A stretch of DNA of 64,000 bases from a plasmid. Shown here piece after piece: positions 17,560 through 26,216 of this stretch (position 1 is the stretch's first letter; every line of letters starts with the position of its first letter). Where the stretch lies: the sequence record NZ_CP011600.1, one strand, 5' to 3'. A model generated the notes under the pieces. The model had not been told where the DNA came from. It saw only the letters and a list, made by a program, of their open reading frames with translations, and did not search any database. The position numbers and the translations under genes were made by a program.

Positions 17560-18199
17560 CGTGAAATTGCGCGTTCGCTCCCGTTGGGCCAATTAAGGCA
17601 TACAGTGAGCTTCAACAGGCTTATGACTGGTTCAATCTTTCCCTCTTTGATAAGGCTCTGCCGGATCTGCTGATTACGTTACAGCGCGGTCGTAACACCT
17701 TTGGTTATTTCGCGCCTGAACGCTTCACAGGGGAATCCAGCGTATCGGAGCTGGCGATGAATCCCGATTACTTCGGTGGCCGATACTCTGTCAACACTGG
17801 TGCATGAAATGGTGCACGTGTGGCAGCATTACGCCCCGTTAAAAAATGCCGGGGCGGCTATCATGATCGTGTATGGGGCGCGAAGATGGAGGAAGTCGGG
17901 CTTATGCCATCAAATACCGGCTTACCTGGCGGGAAAAAGAACGGGCAGCAGATGACGCACTACATTATCAGTCCATCATGGCGAGCCACCTGCTGGCTAT
18001 CAGCGATAAAAAATGGCGGTACGCGTTTTACGTCGCCCCGGACGAGGCGAAAAAGCGCGCCCTGAAGATTATTTTCGACAGCATCGCCAGCGTGATCGTG
18101 AAAAACCAGCATGTGCAACTGGAGGCAAAACACCGCGACGTTTTCCGCTTTTACACCCTCGATGAACTGAAAAGCCTGGAGCTGGACAACTATGCGTAA
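17560..18199 (+). pseudogene. SprT-like zinc-metalloprotease-domain gene broken into at least three reading frames
   Basis: Recognisable colinear segments lie in different frames: ...ELAMNPDYFGG (stop), LVHEMVHVWQHY (HExxH), GGYHDRVWGAKMEEVGLMPSNTGLPGGKK.., and the C-terminal ORF 17873-18199. No intact start. Confidence 0.5.
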
Positions 18200-18536
18200 A
18201 ACCACCCTTCTGGTGCTGGCCGCCGCCCTCTGCGTGCCCGTGTTCGCCACCGCCGCGCCCGTCCTGACGGCGGGTTTTTCGCCGTCTGACGGGCGCCCTG
18301 CTCTTGAAATTGTGCTCGGCGCCATAAACAACGCCAGGCAGAGCATTGACGTCGCGGCCTACAGCTTCACCAGTAAGCCGGTCGCGACGGCGCTCGCCGG
18401 TGCTAACCGGCGCGGCGTGGCCGTGCGCGTGGTGGCCGACGAAAAGGCGAACAGCGACCGCTACACCGCCGTGACGTATCTGATAAACCAGGGCGTGCCG
18501 GTGCACCTTAACGGCCGTTGCCCTCGATGTCGCTGA
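18192..18536 (+). pseudogene. nuc: 3'-truncated phospholipase-D-family endonuclease (Nuc-like); signal peptide and first half only
   Basis: MRKTTLLVLAAALCVPVFA signal. Then region similar to pKM101/IncN Nuc up to ...NQGVPVHLN. HKD motif part absent. Reading frame ends in unrelated sequence. Confidence 0.5.
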
Positions 18537-19088
18537 TCAGTTTAACCACCGCCGTTTTGACGGTTTTGATTTCAGGAAATTTCGTTTTTGGGGAGCCTGA
18601 CTGCTCCAGCGGGGATACGCTGGTCGCCGGTGCAGCTTTAGGGGCGGTTGTCGGGGTGTGCAGTTTCATCGTCATGGTCGTTTCTCCGTCAGTGTGAATT
18701 TCGTCTTCGTATCACCTGACGGTTCGGCCTGCCCGGAGTCGTTCTGGTCAGCAAGGGCGCGCAGCGTGCCATTTACCCTTGCTGACCAGGTTGTGACGGG
18801 GGACGATTACCGGAAGCTGATACGCAGGAGAAAGGCATCACAGGAGAAAATGACGATGTGCACACCCGGACTTACCGCCCCTTTAGCTGCACGGGTGAAA
18901 CCGCCTTTCAGCGTCCGGAGGACAGGTAAAAAAAAGCACTGACGACGTCAGTGCTGCCTTTGTGGCGTGCGGTGTTACACTGCCACAGCCGGTCAGTTCG
19001 CCCTTCCTGAATCCGGGGGCGGTTTGTTTTCGGGGATGTTCTGACCGGCACTTCCCCATCACTTGCAGAAATTCCACCGCCCTTTATA

Positions 19089-19104
19089 CTGTATGTATAT
19101 ACAG
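19089..19104 (+). promoter_or_regulatory. LexA (SOS) box CTGTATGTATATACAG
   Basis: Perfect CTGT-N8-ACAG with AT-rich centre. 19 nt upstream of RBS AAGAGG and ATG 19123. Confidence 0.8.
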
Positions 19105-19122
19105 TATAAAGAGGTTAATCTG

Positions 19123-19362
19123 ATGCCACGACGCTATGAAATTGACGCTGCCTGGCGTGCGGCCATCACCCGCGAACAGGATGGCCGTCAGACCGTAACG
19201 ACCGCAGCCTTTGTCCGGGAGCTGCACAAGTTCAACTGGCACTGGACGCCCCGCCAGGCTAACCAGTGGATAGAAACGTATGTAACGGTGTTCCGGGACG
19301 TCTCCCCTAATGAGGGAGAAAACCGGACGTTCCAGCTGTTTAATCCGAACGGAGGGCGCTGA
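19123..19362 (+). CDS. Small SOS-regulated protein, 79 aa, unknown family
   Basis: RBS AAGAGG at 19106-19111. Stop TGA overlaps the next start (TGAtATG). Confidence 0.6.
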   Translation: MPRRYEIDAAWRAAITREQDGRQTVTTAAFVRELHKFNWHWTPRQANQWIETYVTVFRDVSPNEGENRTFQLFNPNGGR

Positions 19363-19363
19363 T

Positions 19364-19744
19364 ATGGGGTTTCCATCACCGGCAATGGATTACCAGGAAA
19401 GTCGCCTCTCGCTGGACAGCTACTGTAAAACCGGGCGTCCGGGCGTGTTCCTGTTCCGCAGCGACTGCATCTCATTCCGGGAGGGCATCAGGCAGGATTC
19501 GCTGCTGATCGTGGATTTCGGCGCGCGGCCGGTTGACGGCTCCCTGGTGCTCTGTGTGCTGGAAGATGAATTCCGGATCATGCGACTGCGTCTCCATCCG
19601 ACCAGATATCTACAGGAGCTGGACAGGCCGGAGAACGTCCGCGCCCTGCCGGATAATGAGGATGAAGGTATCGAGATCTGGGGCGTGGTGACGCACATTG
19701 TCACCGATGCCAGAACAGGCGAGTTCGACGATAGACCAGTTTAG
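19364..19744 (+). CDS. UmuD'-like (S24 LexA/UmuD-fold) protein, 126 aa, starting at the UmuD autocleavage position and lacking Ser/Lys dyad
   Basis: Begins MGFPSPAMDY (UmuD' begins GFPSPAADY). Ends ...EIWGVVTHIV like UmuD/MucA. In ungapped alignment with MucA/UmuD, Ser (GSSM/GDSM) aligns to RSDCIS and Lys (TVKR/TVKK) to RIMR. No umuC-like gene follows. Confidence 0.7.
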   Translation: MGFPSPAMDYQESRLSLDSYCKTGRPGVFLFRSDCISFREGIRQDSLLIVDFGARPVDGSLVLCVLEDEFRIMRLRLHPTRYLQELDRPENVRALPDNEDEGIEIWGVVTHIVTDARTGEFDDRPV

Positions 19745-20026
19745 ACTTTAGGTTCTATCAGCTTAGTACCCGCAACAACCCGCAACTGGTAAGGGCTGCA
19801 AGAGACCGATAAGAAGTTAGCCTGTAACCGCTAAAAGTAACCTTAAGTTGATCAACCAGTATTAGGGTAGTATTATTACTTCACGGAAGAGTGAAGTCTT
19901 CCGTAAGGATGCAGCAGACTGAAGCAATTCAGACATCCCGCAACCAGCGTTAGTAAGCAGTTCCTATCACTGGTCCAGGCCAAGTCCGGTAATGGCGCTC
20001 TGAATACCAGGTTTAACTACCTGGCG

Positions 20027-20049
20027 AAACCCACCCTAGAGGTGGGTTT
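20027..20049. terminator. Bidirectional intrinsic terminator (AAACCCACC-ctaga-GGTGGGTTT flanked by A and T runs)
   Basis: Perfect 9-bp stem. T-run on the + strand, A-run upstream. Sits between convergent genes ending at 19744 and 20052. Confidence 0.7.
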
Positions 20050-20051
20050 TG

Positions 20052-20594
20052 TTATTTTGGGGGTTGAGGAAGTGGCTTTCCTGTAAGCAGGTTGTGCGCA
20101 ATGACGAAGAAACTAACCGATTTTCCGCGTGAAGTTATTTCCACCGGGTAAGCGCTACTGATGTGAAGGCGCAGTTTTTTCTTCTCCCGGAACGCTTTAA
20201 AAGCCACAAAATAATGTTCCGTCTCGCCGTTCGCGAGTTGAACCTCAACCGTGGCATAACTCCCGTAACCCGCGTGGATCACTTTTCTTTGCCCCAGCGT
20301 TTCTATAATACCCCGCAGATGTTGCCTGGCGAGCTGGTAGCGACGTTCGCAGAATGGACGGCTCTCCTTCACGGCATGATACATCAACGCCGCTTTATCC
20401 TCATCTGACTGGTACTCGTAATCCTTACAGAAACAATGACATGAATATGTGACGAGAAAACGATAAACCTTGTCCGGCTTGCCGGGTGCGGTATGCGTAT
20501 ACGTCACCTCATGAGCATCGAGGAAGGATAGATCACGCGTTTCACCGTCCGGGTGCGCAAAATCTTTCCATTTAGTTACTTCGCTGATGTTCAC
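20052..20594 (-). CDS. Hypothetical protein, 180 aa (Cys/His-containing; no family recognised)
   Basis: Long ORF ending at the bidirectional terminator. Confidence 0.5.
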   Translation of the reverse strand: MNISEVTKWKDFAHPDGETRDLSFLDAHEVTYTHTAPGKPDKVYRFLVTYSCHCFCKDYEYQSDEDKAALMYHAVKESRPFCERRYQLARQHLRGIIETLGQRKVIHAGYGSYATVEVQLANGETEHYFVAFKAFREKKKLRLHISSAYPVEITSRGKSVSFFVIAHNLLTGKPLPQPPK

Positions 20595-21077
20595 TACCGG
20601 CTTCCGTGGGAGTTATCGGGGAAAAACATTATATAGGAATCGTCATTGTACTGACGTTATTCTCACTAACACAAAGATAAAGCATCGGGAAACCTAGACA
20701 TACAGGTGGGTGGTCCAGTTATCCCGTACTTATCCCCTGATTCTGTGGATAATCAATATATGGTATCCAAACCAGCTGCGACTGCTACCGTATATAGTGT
20801 CTCCTGCTGCCGTTCGAACCGTCCCCGCCCCATCATGGACAAAATGTGCTTTCGAAGTGAAAAATTCCTCAAAAACGCCTCGATTTAACATAATGGACGT
20901 TATCGGCACCACGCGATCAGGGTTCGTCCTGAAATGCCCTTCAATCTCCTAAAAGATCATCTTTTTAGAGTCATTTACGGCTATTTTTTTGTTGCTAATT
21001 TGTTAACAAAATCAAGTTTCCGGTTTCGCTTCGATTTTGCGTCAAAAGCCCCCCTTTTTAGTGATTATGGTGTGTTA

Positions 21078-21115
21078 GGGGTCTGACGCTCAGTGAAACG
21101 AAAACTCACGTTAAG
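21078..21115 (+). repeat. 38-bp Tn3/Tn2-type terminal IR (GGGGTCTGACGCTCAGTGAAACGAAAACTCACGTTAAG)
   Basis: 37/38 match to the Tn3 IR as recalled. Interior side faces right, toward the GNAT gene. Confidence 0.75.
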
Positions 21116-21145
21116 CAATGTTTTCTTGTTACGGTGTCACGTCAT

Positions 21146-21652
21146 TTATAACAAAGGTCTTCTGATCAAAACCTGAGTTCCTGATGGCAATACAGCATCG
21201 AGTGTAAATCCTCGCCTCTTGAGCATCTCGGCCATTTGTGACGAAGATGAGAAGCATCTGGCTTCAAGTGGATGTTTGGCAAAAAGGTGGAGAAAGTCAG
21301 ACAGGAATTGTGAAGCGATACCATCCCCTCGAAACTTTTCTCCTACGCCAAAAGCCTTTATCTCAAGAAATAAAAATCCATTCGGGGCGGCCTGTGTCTG
21401 GAACCAGATATAACCAACAGGCTTATCTGTATGAAGCTCGGCTAGAATGTAAATATAGTCGGCCATTTCCGTACCTGACTCAATCATCGAAATAGTTTTT
21501 CTAAGGCTCTCTACAAGCCCGTTAAATGATACCGGGTCTAGTAATTCCTTCGCATAATGCCCTGCTCGCGCTCCTTCCTTAAGTTCATCTGTTATAAATT
21601 GAAGGTCATCCAGTTTTATACCTCTTGAATACAATTCAATCATTGGTAACAA
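21146..21652 (-). CDS. GNAT-family N-acetyltransferase, 168 aa
   Basis: Acetyl-CoA binding motif region FGVGEKFRGDGIASQFL. Typical GNAT length. Confidence 0.65.
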   Translation of the reverse strand: MLPMIELYSRGIKLDDLQFITDELKEGARAGHYAKELLDPVSFNGLVESLRKTISMIESGTEMADYIYILAELHTDKPVGYIWFQTQAAPNGFLFLEIKAFGVGEKFRGDGIASQFLSDFLHLFAKHPLEARCFSSSSQMAEMLKRRGFTLDAVLPSGTQVLIRRPLL

Positions 21653-21698
21653 CTCCTAGTAATCTTAAAATGACGTAATCCTATACCTAACATAACAC

Positions 21699-21849
21699 GG
21701 TAATGACTCCAACTTACTGATAGTGTTTTATGTTCAGATAATGCCCGATGACTTTGTCATGCAGCTCCACCGATTTTGAGAACGACAGTGACTTCCTGCC
21801 CAGCCTTGCCAGATGCTGCCTCAGATTCAGGTTATGCCGCTCAATGCGC
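21699..21849 (-). mobile_element. 151-bp partial IS1 end (IR plus adjacent sequence) in direct tandem with the full IS1
   Basis: Identical to the first 151 bp of the adjacent IS1 (21850-22000), abutting it head-to-tail. Confidence 0.85.
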
Positions 21850-21864
21850 GGTAATGACTCCAAC

Positions 21865-22368
21865 TTACTGATAGTGTTTTATGTTCAGATAATGCCCGAT
21901 GACTTTGTCATGCAGCTCCACCGATTTTGAGAACGACAGTGACTTCCTGCCCAGCCTTGCCAGATGCTGCCTCAGATTCAGGTTATGCCGCTCAATGCGC
22001 TGCGTATATCGCTTGCTGATAACGTGCAGTTCTCCCTTCAGGCGTGATTCATAAAGCGGCCAGCCATCCGTCATCCATACCACGACCTCAAAGGCCGACA
22101 GCAGGCCCAGAAGACGCTCCAGCGTGGCCAACGTGCGTTCACCGAATACGTGCGCCACAACCGTCCTCCGTATCCTGTCATACGCGTAAAACAACCAGCG
22201 CTGGCGTGATTTAGCGCCGACGTAACCCCACTGTTCGTCCATTTCCGCGCAAATAATGACGTCACTGCCCGGTTGTATGCGTGAGTTTACCGACTGCGGC
22301 CTGAGTTTTTTAAGTGTCGTAAAATCGTGTTGAGGCCAACGCCCATAATGCGTGCACTGGCGCGACAT
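21865..22368 (-). CDS. insB: IS1 InsB (expressed as InsAB' transframe transposase)
   Basis: 167-aa ORF identical in pattern to IS1 InsB. Confidence 0.9.
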
Positions 22369-22562
22369 CCGACGCCATTCATGGCCATATCAATAATTTT
22401 CTGGTGTGTACCGGGCTGAGAGGCGGTGTAAGTGAACTGTAGCTGCCATGTTTTACGGCAGTGAGAGCAGAGATAGCGCTGATGTCCGGCAGTACTTTTA
22501 CCGTTACGCACCACGCCTTCAGTAGCTGAGCAGGAGGGACAACTGATGGAGATGGAAGCCAC
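22287..22562 (-). CDS. insA: IS1 InsA
   Basis: 91 aa, [39 protein letters not shown].... Confidence 0.9.
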   Translation of the reverse strand: MASISISCPSCSATEGVVRNGKSTAGHQRYLCSHCRKTWQLQFTYTASQPGTHQKIIDMAMNGVGCRASARIMGVGLNTILRHLKNSGRSR

Positions 22563-22617
22563 GGGAGCACCTCAAAAACACCATCGTACACTAAATCAGT
22601 AAGTTGGCACCATTACC

Positions 22618-23270
22618 GGTTTGTTTACCTTCACATTTTCCATTCCGCCACCGTGCTGCAAACTCTGATGGCGTCTGATAATTCAGTGCTGAATGTGGAC
22701 GACACTCGTTATAATCCTGCCGCCAGTTATTAATGATTTTCCTTGCATGAACGATATCGCTGAACCAGTGCTCATTCAGACATTCATCGCGAAATCGTCC
22801 GTTAAAGCTCTCAATAAATCCGTTCTGCGTTGGCTTGCCCGGCTGGATTAAGCGCAACTCAACACCATGCTCAAAAGCCCATTGATCCAGTGCGCGGCAA
22901 GTGAACTCCGGCCCCTGGTCAGTTCTTATTGTCGCCGGATAGCCTCGAAACAGTGCAATGCTGTCCAGAATACGCGTGACCTGAACGCCTGAAATCCCGA
23001 ATGCGATGGTCATTGTCAGACACTCCTTCGTGAAGTCGTCCACACAGGTCAGGCACTTGATCCTGCGACCGGTGGCCAGTGCGTCCATGACAAAATCCAT
23101 CGACCAGGTCAGGTTGGGCGCCGCCGGACGGAGCAGCGGCAGACGTTCTGTTGCCAGCCCTTTACGACGTCGCCTGCGTTTTACGCCCAGCCCGCTCAGA
23201 TGATAAAGGCGGTATTCAGACCGACTGATAGCTGATTTTGAGTTGCCAAAAAGAGCGCTCCTATTCAGTA
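22618..23270 (-). pseudogene. IS3-family transposase OrfB (integrase-core) fragment, truncated at both ends; 3' end cut by IS1
   Basis: ...[46 protein letters not shown]... with DDE core residues (catalytic D in [10 protein letters not shown]). Frame opens after a TGA near 23270 and runs into IS1. Confidence 0.7.
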
Positions 23271-23327
23271 CAAAAAAGATGGTAATGTTTCATAAAATCT
23301 CTTAGGCCTTGCAGGAATGGTTTTGAA

Positions 23328-23756
23328 ATGAATGGATCTTGTTTGTGTGGAACAATTGAATTTGAACTTACTCATAAACCAGCAGTGTTTTATCGTTGTC
23401 ATTGCTCGCTATGCAGAAAGCAGAGCGGCGTAGGTTACAATCTCGCCACACTAGTCAAAGACAGCGAGTTTCGCTGGATTAAAGGGGAAAATTGCATTGC
23501 TTCATGGTCTAAGCCAACGGGGTACCGTACAGATTTTTGCAATGTATGTGGCTCAACTGTGCCTAACAGTCTGCGAGACGTACCTTATGTCTGGGTTCCT
23601 GTCGGTTTAATTGACGAACGTCTTGAAATGGAATGTGCAGGAGACTTCTGCACTGATGATGCAATGCCCTGGGATGAAACCCGCTCACCTAGTTGTCACG
23701 CTGGACCTGTCAAGTCGCTAGCCTCGCTTTTAAAGTACCTGAAACTCAATTCCTGA
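23328..23756 (+). CDS. GFA-family (glutathione-dependent formaldehyde-activating / CENP-V-like) Cys-rich protein
   Basis: CLCG...CHCSLCRK...CNVCGS zinc-binding cysteine pattern typical of GFA domain. 142 aa. Confidence 0.65.
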   Translation: MNGSCLCGTIEFELTHKPAVFYRCHCSLCRKQSGVGYNLATLVKDSEFRWIKGENCIASWSKPTGYRTDFCNVCGSTVPNSLRDVPYVWVPVGLIDERLEMECAGDFCTDDAMPWDETRSPSCHAGPVKSLASLLKYLKLNS

Positions 23757-24319
23757 GCGTCAGCATTTGGCACAAAGCAGACATTAAAGACTACAGCATC
23801 GGATGCCGCGTTAGCGGCATGGAGGCGCCAGATGAAGCTGCATGTATCAGTGGAGTCAAATGGCGCCGAAAGCCCGGCGTAGCCGGTTACCTGGCTATAA
23901 ATTCTGCCACCCTTCCCCCTGCCCTGATTAGCCTTAACCCGCTTACAGCAATGAAGAAGTTAAAGTAATCCCTTTTAACCCCGGTGAGCGGGCTTTACGG
24001 CGTTTACGACGTAAAGGGCGTGATTTCCGGGGCCTTAGCGGCGGCAGCTTGCTGCTGACGCTTAGGGGGATGTTCTTCAGTTATTTCAGCAACACCAGGG
24101 AACTTAACACGGTAGCTGCTAAGCCATACCCGCTATAAACGCGCTGCGTAACAAAGGGCATTCGACAGATAAAATGGCGGTGGTGTTTGCGGGGGTAAGT
24201 GAAAGTGAGAGTGAATATCGCGCGGCGCTGGAATACCTGCAACCCTGCGGCGTTCCCGTCATTCCGGGCGCTATTCCTTTTCTGACATCGTTCAGCCAGG
24301 GGTCGTCTCAGAAAACGGA

Positions 24320-25646
24320 ATCTATGGTCACTCCCGTTTTTGCAACACCGATTTTGACGACAAGTTGGCTTGCTTGAATCTATCCGGCGTCTGAATGGGA
24401 TTTTATTCCCGCGCCTCGATGAGTTCCGCGCCTGATGAACCTCCAGAAAATATACGGCTTCAATGAGCCTTTCCGTTTTACAGGTTCCTCAACAGGCCGG
24501 TGGGCCGTTAGTATCATCAATATCAGTATTCGCAAAACCAGATGAATGATTGTTTAAACTGGTGTATTTCTGCCTTTATGCTTCGTAAGTTTGCTGTCGC
24601 GCCGTCAGTGCCCAGGCTATTCTGGCCAGCTTGTTTGCCAGAGCACAGGTGACGACAAAGTTGCTTTTCCGACACAACAACTCCCTGACCCAGTCGGCCA
24701 ACTTGCCAGACTGGTGTTCCAGTTTTTGTATGAATACCCTGGCACACTGAACCAACAAAGTTCGGATCTTTTTGTTGCCCCGCTTGCTAATCCCTAACAA
24801 TGTCGTCCGACCTCCCGTGCTGTACTGTCGGGGTACCAGCCCTGTTGCCGCCGCAAAGTCACGGCTGCTGGCGTACTGCTTCCCGTCGCCAATCTCAGTT
24901 GAAATAGTACTGGCAGTCAGCGTTCCAACGCAGGGAATACTCAGCAAGCGCTGTCCAACCTCATCTTCGTCCAACTTTCGTTTCAACTGAGATTCCAGAT
25001 CTTTAATCTGCTCAACAAGATAGTGATAATGCTGTTGTAATTTCAGCAGTAACTGGCTGAGATAAAGAGGCAAACTACTGTCCTCAAGAAGGGTACTCAG
25101 TCGACTAATAACGGCAGCACCTCGCGGAACGCTGATACCAAATTCCAGCAGAAAAGCATGCATCTGATTAGTTGTTTTCACCTTATCCTGAACCAGGGAT
25201 TCACGGACACGATGCAGAGCTCGCATTGCCTGCTGAGATTCGGTTCTGGGCTGCACGAAACGCATAGATGGACGTGATGCTGCTTCACAGATAGCTTCAG
25301 CATCAACGAAGTCATTTTTGTTGCTTTTAACGAATGGGCGGACAAATTGCGGTGATATCAGCTTTGGAAAATGCCCTAACTCTGCCAGCTTGCGTGCCAT
25401 AAAGTGAGAACCGCCACAGGCTTCCATCGCGATGGTTGTTGCCGGGCATGTCGCCAGAAATTCGATTAGCTTTGGTCGGGTGAATTTTTTACGGTAAACG
25501 GCCTTCCCACGATGATCCTGACAATGAATATGGAAAGAGTTCTTACCCAGATCGATACCAATAAGCGCAATGTTTTCCATGATGGTTCTCCGAATGAAAG
25601 CCTGTCCTCAGCATAGTACTGGGAAGGAGGGAGTGACCATCTCATT
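24320..25646 (-). mobile_element. IS4321/IS5075-like IS, copy 3
   Basis: Outer IR half GGGGTCGTCTCAGAAAACGGA at 24299-24319. Inner half AAATAAAGCACGCTAAG at 25647-25663. ORF 24174 upstream is a disrupted flanking gene. Confidence 0.85.
24576..25580 (-). CDS. IS110-family transposase (IS5075 type)
   Basis: Identical 334-aa ORF. Confidence 0.9.
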   Translation of the reverse strand: MENIALIGIDLGKNSFHIHCQDHRGKAVYRKKFTRPKLIEFLATCPATTIAMEACGGSHFMARKLAELGHFPKLISPQFVRPFVKSNKNDFVDAEAICEAASRPSMRFVQPRTESQQAMRALHRVRESLVQDKVKTTNQMHAFLLEFGISVPRGAAVISRLSTLLEDSSLPLYLSQLLLKLQQHYHYLVEQIKDLESQLKRKLDEDEVGQRLLSIPCVGTLTASTISTEIGDGKQYASSRDFAAATGLVPRQYSTGGRTTLLGISKRGNKKIRTLLVQCARVFIQKLEHQSGKLADWVRELLCRKSNFVVTCALANKLARIAWALTARQQTYEA

Positions 25647-25658
25647 AAATAAAGCACG

Positions 25659-26216
25659 CTAAGCGTGCGTGGAGGCTGGCACCCAGCGGTACAGCGTCGG
25701 AATGGACACGCCGAGGTTCTTGGCCACGTCCTTGGGCGGCACCCCGCTGGCCAGCAGCTTCTTGGCCGACTCGATCTTGCTGTCGGTCATCTTCGGCTTG
25801 CGGCCGCCTTTGCGGCCGAGCTGCTTGGCGACTTCCAGCCCGGCGCGGGTGCGCTCGACGGTCAGCTCGCGCTCCATTTCGGCAAGGCTCGCCATGACGT
25901 GGAAGAAGAACCGCCCGGATGGTGTGCCGGTGTCGATGGAGTCGGTGAGGCTCCTGAACTGGACACCGTGCTTGTGCAGATCGCCGACCAGATCGACCAG
26001 TTGCTTGACCGACCGGCCCAGCCGGTCGAGCTTCCAGACGACCAAAGTATCGCCTTCGCGCAGCATTTCGAGCGTCTTGGCCAAGCCAGGCCGGTCTGCC
26101 CGCGTGCCACTCACCTTGTCCTCGAAGACCTTTTTACATCCGGCCTTGCTCAAGGCTTCGCGTTGCAGCTCCAGGTTCTGATCCTGCGTCGAGACGCGCG
26201 CATAGCCAATCAACAT
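25659..26216 (-). CDS. tnpR: Tn3-family serine resolvase TnpR, 185 aa, ending directly at the transposon IR
   Basis: MLIGYARVSTQDQNLELQ.... About 90% similar to the tnpR at 38906. Stop lies 13 bp from IR inner end. Confidence 0.85.
   Translation of the reverse strand: MLIGYARVSTQDQNLELQREALSKAGCKKVFEDKVSGTRADRPGLAKTLEMLREGDTLVVWKLDRLGRSVKQLVDLVGDLHKHGVQFRSLTDSIDTGTPSGRFFFHVMASLAEMERELTVERTRAGLEVAKQLGRKGGRKPKMTDSKIESAKKLLASGVPPKDVAKNLGVSIPTLYRWVPASTHA

Larger units (their letters stand above)
21850..22617 (-). mobile_element. IS1 (768 bp), intact
   Basis: Ends GGTAATGACTCCAACTTACTGAT... and ...ATCAGTAAGTTGGCACCATTACC. insA and insB present. Confidence 0.95.

Noticed and set aside
17235-17615. 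126-aa minus-strand ORF overlapping recombinase start and the TGTACGAA repeats
   Set aside because: Overlaps a confident gene and a repeat region. No motifs.
18883-19077. 64-aa minus-strand ORF, with hairpin plus T8 at 18935-18960, as a possible divergent small gene or sRNA from the LexA-box region
   Set aside because: ORF has no RBS or recognisable features. The terminator-like hairpin is real but the transcript is unsupported. Too speculative to list.
19745-20026. Possible retron msr/msd given nested inverted repeats
   Set aside because: No reverse-transcriptase gene anywhere nearby. Kept only as a generic ncRNA candidate.
20700-20760. DnaA-box-like TTATCCACA (reverse strand) plus two TTATCCC repeats, considered as an origin
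   Set aside because: Single consensus box, no iterons or AT-rich unwinding element. More likely incidental or a promoter-proximal DnaA site.
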